Below the pieces are notes generated by a model. That model was given only the letters and a program-made list of their open reading frames with translations. It was not told the origin of the DNA and searched no databases. From assembly GCA_031268335.1 (NCBI GenBank), contig JAIRXG010000025.1:744-64743 (forward strand): DNA of 64,000 nt, given 5' to 3'. Shown here piece after piece: positions 1 through 9,900 of this stretch (its first letter is position 1; each line of letters begins with the position of its first letter). This DNA is from Campylobacteraceae bacterium. Its GTDB lineage: Bacteria; Campylobacterota; Campylobacteria; Campylobacterales; Campylobacteraceae. The position numbers and the translations under genes were made by a program.

Positions 1-894
1 TCCTAAAAGAGGGTCTATTTCGTATAAGTTACTACCAAGATGTGTCGCAGCATATAATTTACCATTTAAAAATGACATACCATAAGTAAGAGTGCCTTGC
101 AGGTTTTCAATCTTCTTAATCCTGCTGTATTTCCAGTTTCCCGTGGTGCTTGGTTCTACCTTTACTATCCAAAAATAATCGCCACCACTTGAACCAAATG
201 GAGGCTCGTCATCTATTCCTACTAAGAGATATGCGTTTCCATCCGCATCTATAGCCATATCAGAAGCCACATATCCGTTGTAATTAGCATTACTGCCCTG
301 TATTCTATCGCTCTCCGTTTTTGGCTCTATTTTGCCGCTTTTTGTAAAACTGACAGCATTACCGCTCGTTATAGGCGTAGCCAGCATCATGCGAAAATTG
401 TTATTATCAGTATTTAAATCTTGCAATTCTCCGCCCGTAAAATATATCTGCCCTGTTATTTGGTTTACTTCTCCGCCCGACCAATAATCAAATGAAGTGC
501 TGCCATGAAATTCTACTGTAAATAGACCATTCCCATCTTTTATGGGGTTGGGAGTGCCGCCGTTATATATATATCTTACCTTGCCGCCACCTAAAGAAGA
601 CCAATCCCAATGAAACATGGTCAATATACCATTCTCTTTTGCAAAAGGTCCTAATGCTATAGTTTCCCCACGCAAATTACCCATTGAATACAAATCTATT
701 TGGTTTGTATTTATAGTAGGATTACTAAATTTATATACATTACCTGAATCATCTGTTCCATATAAAGTATTACAGTCATAAGAAATAGCACGCAGCTCTG
801 CAAATGAGAATATTAGTGCAAAAGCAAAAAAGAATTTTGAAAAAAATCCATGAGAAAAACAACGAATGTTTTTCGGGTCTTTTGGCGGCTTCAT
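1..894 (-). CDS. Secreted surface protein, N-terminal part only (ORF runs off the left edge). Paralog of the N-terminal beta-propeller-like domain of 6908..10714
   Basis: My translation of the minus strand from ATG (complement of 892-894) gives MKPPKDPKNIRCFSHGFFSKFFFAFALIFSFAELRA..., open for 298 codons down to position 1. It shares blocks with the 1268-aa protein (DCNxLY, IALGP, WSGGEVNQxTGxIYF, DMAIDADGNAY, GMSFLNGxLY, YEIxPLxG). It is absent from the ORF track because no stop lies in the window. Confidence 0.75.
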   Translation of the reverse strand, partial: MKPPKDPKNIRCFSHGFFSKFFFAFALIFSFAELRAISYDCNTLYGTDDSGNVYKFSNPTINTNQIDLYSMGNLRGETIALGPFAKENGILTMFHWDWSSLGGGKVRYIYNGGTPNPIKDGNGLFTVEFHGSTSFDYWSGGEVNQITGQIYFTGGELQDLNTDNNNFRMMLATPITSGNAVSFTKSGKIEPKTESDRIQGSNANYNGYVASDMAIDADGNAYLLVGIDDEPPFGSSGGDYFWIVKVEPSTTGNWKYSRIKKIENLQGTLTYGMSFLNGKLYAATHLGSNLYEIDPLLG

Positions 895-1712
895 AGCATA
901 CCTTGTGTAAAGAAAAATTTAATCATAATATACCTTATGTAAAGAAAAGTTTAAATTAAAAATTATATTTGACTTTTGAAGATTTTTTAACAACATATTG
1001 TTACTAAAAAGTTACTCTAAACAAATATTTTTTGATAAGTATATCATATTTTATTTATAATTTCCATAATTTTATATAAATATCAATATAAAAAAAATGA
1101 AATATGCATTTTTAAGTCTTATGCATGAAGGGTAAAAAGAATAGTTGTATTTTAAACTTTTTTCTCTTTGATATTGCTAAATATTTGCCTAAAACAAAGA
1201 GTGAAAGTGAAATTTATTTAAGATTATTTTTTATAAAAAAATAACAAGTTTTTGAGCGTTCAAAATTTTAATTTAATGTGGAAATTAAAGTAAATGATAT
1301 TAGGTAATTTCTTTGATTATTTTCCTTTTTGAAGAAGAAAATAATTTTAAAAATATATGAAAATTAATTAAAAAATTTAAAATTTACGAGGATAGATTAA
1401 TTTTTTTGACATGAATTTTATACTTATATCAAAGTCGCTTTTATGAATTTATCTATTGTTGAGGAATGTGTGTCTTGCGTATTGTCTAATGTTTTATATA
1501 AATTTTCCATACTAACGGTTATATCTTTGATAAATTTATATTCGACGTAAATAGCAGATTTATAATGTAAAAATTCTTAAAGTATTGTGTCTTAATTATT
1601 TGTTTTGATATAACAAAAAGATAGGATAAAAGACTATATGTGATTTGAAGGCAACATCTATTTTGGCTCAACACATATGATAAAACATAAGCAAAGATAT
1701 AAAATATTTCAA

Positions 1713-1991
1713 TACATGTAATTATTCAAACTAAAACTTTGTACATGTATATGATTTTTGAAAATCGTACATGTATTAATGTTTGAAGTCAAAGATATAT
1801 ACATGCAATAGATTGAAAAGTTATTGTAATCTCAAAACTCTATACATTCATTACTCAAATAAAGCATGTGAGATGAGATTAGAAGTTTATACATGTATTA
1901 TATATGGTAAAAGGTTTCAAAGGCAAATTTTAACACAACGCTTGTTTTGGTTCAACAAAAACGGATAAAAACTTCATATTCGTTACATGTA
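1713..1991. repeat. Array of TACATGTA-core repeats in the AT-rich spacer downstream of proC and upstream of the 1..894 gene
   Basis: Full octamers start at 1713, 1742, 1768, 1890 and 1984. Degenerate copies are TACATGCA at 1800 and GCATGTGA at 1864. Several copies are followed 5-7 nt later by TTTGAA-like sequence. Spacings are 29, 26, 32, 64, 26 and 94 nt. Confidence 0.7.
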
Positions 1992-2024
1992 AATGTTATT
2001 TTGTTGTTTTTTTCAAAACTTCGC

Positions 2025-2771
2025 TTACATATTTTTTTGGTAGATTTTCATAAACGCGCTGCGGACTTTACATTCTTCAAGTACGGCATATCCTTTTGCC
2101 GTTACGCCGTTTGGGCTCATGACAGCGTCTTTTATAAGGGCTGGATGCGGGTAGTTTTCCAAAAGTTCGGCAAAACCTTCAAAAAGTCCCTTTGTTAGCG
2201 CAAAAGCATCCGCTCTTTTCAAACCCTCTTTCACCGCGCCGTCAATCAAACTTTCAGCTACAAGAGCTAAGAATGCGGGCGAACTTCCGGTCAAGACAGT
2301 CGCTATATCAAGCTCTTTTTCACTTTCAAGCCATAGAGTTTTTCCGATAGCGTTTAAAATTTTTAAAGCCTCGTCTTTAGAGATTTTGTCACCCGTAACG
2401 CTCGTCATCGATTTGCCGTAAGATGCCGCAATGTTTGGCATAGCTCTAATATAACTTTTAGCTTTTATCTCTTTTTGTAAAGTTTCTATAGTTGTGCCTG
2501 CTAAAACGGAGATAACTAACTTTGCTTCGCCTTGAAAAAAATGCGAAACTTTTTGGAGGGCATGAGGCTTTATGCATAAAATAACAGTTTTATCACTCAT
2601 ATCGGTATCGTTTTTGTAAGTGAAAGTCTCTATTTTTTTGTCAAATTTTTTACAAAAGTCAGATAATTTATTCTCGTCTCTTCCAAAAATCTCAATCTCA
2701 TAATTTGATTTTAATAGCCTTGAAATCATGGCTTCTGCCATTATGCCGTTTCCCAAAAAAGTTAAACGCAT
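2025..2771 (-). CDS. proC: Pyrroline-5-carboxylate reductase
   Basis: 248-aa ORF. It has an N-terminal Rossmann motif (MRLTFLGNGIMAEAMISRL) and P5CR-like C-terminal blocks (SSPAFLALVAESLIDGAVKEGL, VMSPNGVTAKG). Confidence 0.9.
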   Translation of the reverse strand: MRLTFLGNGIMAEAMISRLLKSNYEIEIFGRDENKLSDFCKKFDKKIETFTYKNDTDMSDKTVILCIKPHALQKVSHFFQGEAKLVISVLAGTTIETLQKEIKAKSYIRAMPNIAASYGKSMTSVTGDKISKDEALKILNAIGKTLWLESEKELDIATVLTGSSPAFLALVAESLIDGAVKEGLKRADAFALTKGLFEGFAELLENYPHPALIKDAVMSPNGVTAKGYAVLEECKVRSAFMKIYQKNM

Positions 2772-2916
2772 TTAAAGCCTTTGTGTCAATTTAAGCGCGC
2801 ATTATATCAAAATTAAACTTGCAATAACCAACAAAAAGGTAAAATTTACCTTTGCATACGGATTTTTGTTTGCACTAAGAGAGTAAAATTCCACATTTAA
2901 AATTTTAAGGATAGTT

Positions 2917-3564
2917 ATGAATATAAAAGCATTTGTTTTAGCACTTATGTGCGTTTTGCTGATGAGCGGATGCACGGATAAAAATACGCAGACACAGTAT
3001 AACCAAAGCGCAGAATATTGGTATAACGAAATGATAAAAGCCATAATAATCAGCGATTTGGAAAAAGCCGACGCGCTTTATGTATCCTTGTCAAGCGAAC
3101 ATGTAGCTTCTCCGCTTTTGAGCGAAGCTTTGCTTATTTTGGCACAGGCTTACATGGATAATGAAGAGTATGCGGATGCCAATAGACTTTTAGACGAATA
3201 TATAAAAAGGTTTGGCAGCACTTTTAAAAACGAGTATGTAAAATATATGAAAATCAGAGCAAATTACGCCTCCTTTTCGCGCCCAAACAGAAATCAACAG
3301 TTGATATTGGACACTATATCGAATACGAAAATTTTTTTAGATACGTATCCGGATTCTCAATATGCTCCGATGGTTGAATCTATGCTTGTACATATGGAGC
3401 TTGGCGAATATCTGATAGACAAAAATATCATCTCTTTGTATGAAAAACTCAACAAAGGCGATGCGGCTGAATTTTACAACGGCAAACCGAATAATATCTA
3501 TTTAAAAGAGGGGGAGATCATAGAACCGACGATACCTTGGTACAGAAGATGGTTTGAGTGGTAG
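2917..3564 (+). CDS. bamD: Outer-membrane assembly lipoprotein BamD/ComL-like (TPR-like)
   Basis: Signal peptide with lipobox (VLLMSGC). AAGGA RBS lies 6 nt upstream. It sits immediately upstream of lon, as ComL does next to Lon in H. pylori (from memory). Confidence 0.75.
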   Translation: MNIKAFVLALMCVLLMSGCTDKNTQTQYNQSAEYWYNEMIKAIIISDLEKADALYVSLSSEHVASPLLSEALLILAQAYMDNEEYADANRLLDEYIKRFGSTFKNEYVKYMKIRANYASFSRPNRNQQLILDTISNTKIFLDTYPDSQYAPMVESMLVHMELGEYLIDKNIISLYEKLNKGDAAEFYNGKPNNIYLKEGEIIEPTIPWYRRWFEW

Positions 3565-3591
3565 AATTTATAAAATAACAAAGGATAAAAT

Positions 3592-6012
3592 TTGCAGCTT
3601 AGCACATACAATACGTTTCCGACAGAACTTCCGATAATAGCCGAAGATGAGATATTTTTATATCCTTTTATGATTACACAACTTTTTTTAAGCGATAAAG
3701 AAAACATAGACGCGGCGAACGAAGCGCTTGAAAAAAACAATCTCGTTCTTGTTTGTCCCGTCAAAGCTGGAGATGAAGGCGGTAGAAGTTTTGAGTCGAT
3801 ATATGATTGCGGCGTTATAGGTTCAATTATGCGAAAAGTTGTTTTATCGGACGGCAAAGTAAAAATACTTTTTCAAGGTATGACAAAAGGACGCATTGTA
3901 AAGCCTTCTCAAAACAGACCGCTAAAAGGCGTTGTCGAAGCATTGCATATAAAACAATCGGACAGTCTTAAAATAGACGCTTTGTTGTCTGTTTTAAGAG
4001 AAAAAATGCAAGCATACGCTTCAACAAATAGCTCTATTGCGCCAGATTTTCTAAAAAGCATAAATCAAACAAACGATGCCGGGCGCATTTGCGATTTGAT
4101 AGCTCACGAGATTAAACCCAAAAAAGAGCTTGCGTATAAACTTTTTATAGAGAGTGATTTGGAAAATAAGATATTGATGCTTATAGATTTTATTATGGAG
4201 GAGACTCAAGCTTTTAAATTGCAAAAAGAGATAAAGTCAAAAGTACACTCTCGCATAGAAAAAGTAAATAAAGAGTATTTTTTAAAAGAGCAGTTGAAAC
4301 AGATACAACAAGAGCTTGGCGCAGACAATCAAAAAGAAGAGGAATTGGAGCGCTACAAAACAAAGCTTGAGATTAAAAAACCTTTCATGGAAGAAGATGC
4401 CTACAAAGAGATAAAAAAGCAGATAGAGAGGCTCTCTAAAATACATCCGGATTCGGCGGATGCTAATCTGCTGCAAGGATATCTTGACTGGGTTATAGAG
4501 ATGCCGTTTGAAAAATCCGCCAAAAAAAGACTTAATATCAGCGAAGTTAAAAAACAGCTTGATAATGACCACTACTCTTTGGAAAAACCAAAAGAACGTA
4601 TAATAGAGTATTTTGCCGTCAAAGAACTTCTTGACAGACGCGGCATAAAAGATAAAGAGAGCAGAGGCGCTATTTTATGTTTTGCCGGACCTCCGGGTGT
4701 TGGTAAAACTTCTCTTGCCAATTCAATATCAAAAGCTTTAAAGCGAAAGCTTATCCGAATAGCTTTAGGCGGACTTGAAGATGTGAACGAGCTAAGAGGA
4801 CATAGGCGAACATACATAGGAGCGATGCCAGGACGCATAGCCCAAGGACTCATAGAGGCCGGACAAATGAATCCTGTGATAGTTTTGGATGAGATAGATA
4901 AAGTGGCGCGCAGCTTTAGAGGCGATCCGACTGCTGTTTTGCTTGAGATTTTAGACCCTGAACAAAACAATAAATTTAGAGACTATTATCTGAATTTCAA
5001 TGTTGACTTGAGTGATATAGTTTTCATCGCTACCGCGAACGACGTGTCTTCCATCCCTGCGCCTTTAAGGGATAGGATGGAGTTTATATTTTTAAGTTCA
5101 TACACTCCGCAAGAAAAGTATGAGATAGCAAAAAAATATTTGATTCCGCAAGAGATGCGAAAACACGGGCTCAAAAATATTGAAGTTACTTTTGCAAAAA
5201 ACGCTGTTTTGACTATGATAGAAAATTACACAAGGGAGTCGGGCGTACGAAATTTGAGGCGCAGAATCGCTGATATTTTGCGAAAAAGCGCAAAACAGCT
5301 GCTTATTAACGCCAATATGGGCAAAATATCTATTACAAGCGCTAATATAAAAGATTATTTGGAAAAAACGATTTTTGAGATAGAAGAGGCTGATAAAAAA
5401 GATTTTGTAGGACAAGTAAACGGACTTGCGTGGACAAGCGTTGGCGGCGATGTTTTAAAAGTGGAAGCCGTGCGTATCCAAGGAAAAGGAAATATGCAGC
5501 TTACCGGTTCTTTGGGAGACGTCATGAAAGAGTCGGCAAAAATCGCACAAAGCGTCGTGAAAGTGTTGATTGATGAAAAAAAATTAAAGATTAATAAAAG
5601 AGACATTCCTCTAACAGAGCAAGAAAAAAGTGATAAGCTTATTCCTGAGGAGAGTGAAATATATAGAAGATTTGATTTGCACTTACATGTACCTGAAGGC
5701 GCTACGCCAAAAGACGGACCAAGTGCCGGGATAACAATGGCTACAGCTATTGCTTCGATATTGTCAAATATTAAAGTAAGAAGCGATACAGCAATGACGG
5801 GAGAACTTACCTTAAGAGGCAAAGTACTTCCCATAGGCGGACTCAAAGAAAAACTTATAGCGGCATATAAGGCAAAAATAAAAACGGTGATTATTCCTAA
5901 AAAAAATTACGAGCGCGATTTGAATGAAGTGCCTGACGAAGTAAAAAACAATATGCAAATTTTAAGCGTCTCAAGGATAGAAGAGGTCTTAGATATCGCT
6001 TTGGCCAAGTAA
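3592..6012 (+). CDS. lon: ATP-dependent Lon protease
   Basis: 806 aa. Walker A is GPPGVGKTS. The AAA+ and C-terminal protease blocks are present (PKDGPSAGITMATA catalytic Ser region). TTG start with an AAGGA RBS. Confidence 0.97.
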   Translation: MQLSTYNTFPTELPIIAEDEIFLYPFMITQLFLSDKENIDAANEALEKNNLVLVCPVKAGDEGGRSFESIYDCGVIGSIMRKVVLSDGKVKILFQGMTKGRIVKPSQNRPLKGVVEALHIKQSDSLKIDALLSVLREKMQAYASTNSSIAPDFLKSINQTNDAGRICDLIAHEIKPKKELAYKLFIESDLENKILMLIDFIMEETQAFKLQKEIKSKVHSRIEKVNKEYFLKEQLKQIQQELGADNQKEEELERYKTKLEIKKPFMEEDAYKEIKKQIERLSKIHPDSADANLLQGYLDWVIEMPFEKSAKKRLNISEVKKQLDNDHYSLEKPKERIIEYFAVKELLDRRGIKDKESRGAILCFAGPPGVGKTSLANSISKALKRKLIRIALGGLEDVNELRGHRRTYIGAMPGRIAQGLIEAGQMNPVIVLDEIDKVARSFRGDPTAVLLEILDPEQNNKFRDYYLNFNVDLSDIVFIATANDVSSIPAPLRDRMEFIFLSSYTPQEKYEIAKKYLIPQEMRKHGLKNIEVTFAKNAVLTMIENYTRESGVRNLRRRIADILRKSAKQLLINANMGKISITSANIKDYLEKTIFEIEEADKKDFVGQVNGLAWTSVGGDVLKVEAVRIQGKGNMQLTGSLGDVMKESAKIAQSVVKVLIDEKKLKINKRDIPLTEQEKSDKLIPEESEIYRRFDLHLHVPEGATPKDGPSAGITMATAIASILSNIKVRSDTAMTGELTLRGKVLPIGGLKEKLIAAYKAKIKTVIIPKKNYERDLNEVPDEVKNNMQILSVSRIEEVLDIALAK

Positions 6013-6020
6013 GTTTTAAA

Positions 6021-6710
6021 ATGCAAATGAAACATATAGTCTTTTTAACGGGTGCGGGAATGAGTGCCGAAAGCGGTATCGGCACTTTTAGAGACAACGG
6101 CGGTTTGTGGGAACAGTATAATGTCATGGATGTGGCAAGTATTGAGGGGTGGCATAAAAATCCCTCAATGGTGCAAAAATTTTACAATGAACGCCGCAAA
6201 CAATTAAAAGAGACAAAACCAAACGACGGACATAAACTTGTAGCAGAATTTGAAAATAAGTTCAAAGTTACCGTCATTACGCAAAATGTTGATGATTTGC
6301 ACGAGCGCGCAAAAAGCTCACATGTAGTGCATTTACACGGCGAACTTACAAAAGCTTGCAATGAAAATAAGACGGAAATCATTGATATAGGATATAGAAG
6401 CATAGAGATGGACGAAAGGGCAAAAGACGGCTCAAAACTCCGCCCTTTTATTGTATGGTTTGGGGAAGCCGTACCTTTGATAGAAAAAGCGGCGCGTTTA
6501 ATAGCAAATGCCGACATAATCGTCATTATAGGAACATCGATGCAGGTTTATCCCGCGGCCGGGCTTATAAACTACGCCAAAAAAGACTCGTCGCTGTTTT
6601 TGATAGACCCGAATGATGTCGAGAGATATTTGCCGAGAGTGGAAATCATAAAAGAAAAAGCGAGTGTCGGAATTAGAATTTTAAAAGAGAAACTTTTCTC
6701 TTGCTCTTAA
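6021..6710 (+). CDS. cobB: NAD-dependent protein deacylase (sirtuin, CobB family)
   Basis: Sirtuin motifs are GAGMSAESGIGTFR, TQNVDDLHERA and HLHGE. An alternative ATG lies at 6027. Confidence 0.9.
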   Translation: MQMKHIVFLTGAGMSAESGIGTFRDNGGLWEQYNVMDVASIEGWHKNPSMVQKFYNERRKQLKETKPNDGHKLVAEFENKFKVTVITQNVDDLHERAKSSHVVHLHGELTKACNENKTEIIDIGYRSIEMDERAKDGSKLRPFIVWFGEAVPLIEKAARLIANADIIVIIGTSMQVYPAAGLINYAKKDSSLFLIDPNDVERYLPRVEIIKEKASVGIRILKEKLFSCS

Positions 6711-6872
6711 AATTTTTTATATAAAAATGTGGTTTGCGGCAAATAACTTGTCTTTTAAAATTGATATTTAAAGCCCAATTTAGATTATTAGAAACAACAT
6801 CAATACTATTAGATTGGGATAGATTACGTTTTGTTCGGATACAAAATTATTACGATTTTTTATTAAACTATT

Positions 6873-6893
6873 TGGGGGATTAGGCGTCCCCCA
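6873..6893. terminator. Hairpin between convergent cobB and the 1268-aa gene (possible bidirectional terminator)
   Basis: TGGGGGA (6873-6879), a 7-nt loop, then TCCCCCA (6887-6893). This is a perfect 7-bp GC-rich stem in otherwise AT-rich DNA. Confidence 0.6.
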
Positions 6894-6907
6894 GCATTTA
6901 AATCTCT

Positions 6908-9900
6908 TTACCAGTCAATTTTTTGCCTTATATATTTTGAAGCGTTCGCGTCTAAAACTCTTCCCGTGCGATTTGTTTTGTTTGCTTGCCCAAAGCCAGC
7001 CCATTCGCCGCCATCTCCTGAAAATATAACTTTAAAAGCAGGATCATGCAAGAGCCAAGAATTTGGCTTAATAGTTATCGTAACGCTATATGGAGTGTTC
7101 GGTGAATTTTTGGTTACTCCAAGTGTCTCTTTGCCGTTTTTTATGATATCGGTGTAGTATTTGGGAGTTTTATCGGATGTACTTTTGGATAGTTTTGCCG
7201 AGCCTTGCGTTACTCTAAATTCCGTAACATTGCCTTGATTTATCACATGAGCGCTGTTAATATACCAATTCGGATACTGTGCGTCCATATTAGAAATTTG
7301 AATCGCATTATAAAGACTTCTATTGCAATACATCGGACAAAAAATCTCATAATATATATTGGCATTTACACTATCTTGATTTAGAACTATATATTCCGGT
7401 TCTTTAGAGTGAGTTCTACCGTAGTACATGTGAGCGCTTCCGTCTTTATTGTAAGAATCCAAACCTTTGATGTTGTCGACATTTTTTAAAGACGTAATAT
7501 TAAAATCGTTAAATTTAACTATAAATGGCTTTTCAGGTTCAGAAGGTCTTTCGAAGTTAAAGCCAAAATTAGAGTGCGCGGTGCCGTTGATAAAATTATT
7601 TTGGGTTGTTTCCAGTGCGACAGACCCGTCGTAATTTTTATTATTCATTATTATGTTGACCCCGGTTTTTTCAACATACTTTATACGTTTCGAAGGTTCA
7701 TTTCCTTTTCTGTTATCCCAACCGGTAATATTATTATTTGAAAGTTGTACGCCGTATTCTACATCTTTTGCAAAGCAATCTTTATGATAATTGGTAGCCG
7801 CAGAACCATCGTCTAAAATAGCGGAAATATCCATATCTATGTTGGCATACATCAAAAGTTCGCTCGATATATATGTATATTTGTCCGCAAAGTCAGAAAC
7901 GCTAAACGTACTGCTAAACGCTTTTGGCATAAATCTCAATTCCGCTTTTATCGCTATATCGCAGCCAACTTTACCGCTCGCATCGTGCTCATTTGCAAAA
8001 TTATCAAGACAATCGTTGTAAGCTCTATCTTTGGAAGTCCAAAGCTTATCAGAAAGGATAGTGTCTACATTTCCTACATTGTGGTAATTTATACCTATAT
8101 TGCCTATGCCGTTTTTTATATCAAACGACTTTATCGTAACTTCACTTGAAGCATTTTCGTCGAGTTTGCAAATAGAGGGTTTTTTCAAAGTCGAGTTCAC
8201 ATGTATGATATTAACTGCTTGTTGATTGTAGTCTGCAGCCAAATTACCGCCGTTTTTTAGAGCTTTAATTTGACCGTTGTTTAATTTTCCGCCTGTTAGA
8301 TTGGCGTTGAAATCATTACTCAAGATGAACTCTTTGGGGCGCACCGCAAACAAATCAGAACAAGTTGAGTTTGTTTCCGACGAACCCAAAAGGTGATAAG
8401 TTGTCTTAAATGTTCCGCTGGCGGTTACATTATGCAGTGTTACTTCAAAAGGCATAATTGTTTGCGTAGGTTTGAGGCTGAGGGTTTTGATATTTTTTTC
8501 AAGCACTTTTACGTTATTGCAATTTGGCAAAGCAGTATTGTATTCTACAAAATCTATAGTTACATTCATCTCGCCGTTGAAATTTTTTGAGATTTTACCA
8601 TATTCGTGGTGCATCAATTTGACATTAAATTTTTTATTTGCTATTTGCGTATAAAGGGCGGTTTGCTGATGAGATTTTGTGTCTAATAAATCTCCGGCTT
8701 TTGCATTGAAATTTTGATTTACCACTGAAAAATCGCCGCTCATATGTTTTTGCTCAGCCACATAACGATAAGTAATCATATAATCCTCAACTTCTCCGTC
8801 AATCGCCCAAGGATAACTATTCCAATTGTCAGCATACGGATTGACCGGTAATATGTTAGTGACATTTTTTGTGCTGTATCTAAATCTGAAAAAAGCTTTT
8901 GCTTTGTTGTCTTTATTTGTTAAAACTAATTCTGGCGTTGTGTAGTTAAACTCTATGTATCCGCTATTATTTGCATCTTGCAAATTATTGGCTATTTTAT
9001 TTGAAAATGTTGTGGAATCCAAAGCTATCCATGCATTCAAAAAGCCATTTTGCTTACTGTTAGAATTTACTTTTACCCTAAAATTATATTTTTTGTTATT
9101 TAAAAATGTGAAATTTTGCAAATTTGACCAAGTGGTATTATTTTCTAAGCGTACTTGAACGCCGTCATCGTATTTATCTCCATCTGCGTTTTGATTTATT
9201 CTAGATGAGCTGTCGGCATCCACATTAGAACCCATATATACATTTGGGTTTATTGTGTGATAAACTTCCCCAAAACTATTAGGCGCATCGCTTCTATCAG
9301 AAGGTGCTAATGCAAAATCAGCGCGAACGACGGCTCTGTCGGTTTGCATAACTACTACCGAATAAAAATTTGCCAAGCTGATACCATTGTTTGAATGTTC
9401 AATTCCATTCGCTTTAGCACCGTAACAAGTTTTTTCATAGTAATTTGCATTAGGAATATTTGTGTCGTTATAACATGTGGGAACTACGATATTTGTACCT
9501 CTATTATCCGGTCCGCTCCATATATATTTTCCTCCTGACGCCATTGTTTGATAAGTATTTATACCGTTTATCCGCGGTCTTTTCATTCTGATATAAAAGG
9601 TTGATTGCGCTGATGGAAGCAAAAAGTTATACTCTCCTCTGCCGTTTGTGAATTGCGATCCAAGATATCTGTAACTTCTATCATATACTTGTATCTCTAT
9701 ACCGCTTAAACCAGCGGAGTTTTTTTCAGAGCTACTCAAAACACCGTCGCCGTTCGCATCAAAATAGACCTTTCCTTTAATGACGGGTGCCATTTGACAT
9801 GTAGTAAAGTCATAACTATTGCTCGCAAGAAATTTCGTGTCTCTCCAAGTGCCCGTAAGAGGATTTAATTCATATATATAAAATCTGGAATTTATATAAA

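Noticed and set aside
895-2024. The AT-rich spacer with iteron-like repeats as a replication origin
   Set aside because: I saw no DnaA-box-like TTATCCACA/TGTGGATAA sequences. No dnaA, dnaN or rep gene is adjacent. The repeated unit is the same motif that is scattered across the whole window.
1783-2198. Small ORFs 1783..1968 and 1947..2198 (+) in or near the AT-rich spacer
   Set aside because: They have odd composition (Cys/Tyr/Lys-rich), no RBS and overlap the proC 3' end. The region is better explained as noncoding DNA carrying the TACATGTA array.
2802-3044. An 80-aa ORF (-) overlapping the bamD start
   Set aside because: It overlaps the well-supported lipoprotein gene and its RBS. The hydrophobic low-complexity translation looks like a shadow ORF.
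4282-5846. Several 60-160-aa ORFs antisense to lon (4282..4572, 4572..4970, 4986..5174, 5098..5415, 5355..5846). Similar antisense or off-frame ORFs lie inside the 1268-aa gene, rnr, ilvC, ligA, dnaK, accD, accC, fabD, the MFS genes and the 794-aa gene.
   Set aside because: They lie entirely within strongly supported genes. Their translations are low-complexity or hydrophobic and typical of shadow frames. They lack RBSs and recognisable motifs.
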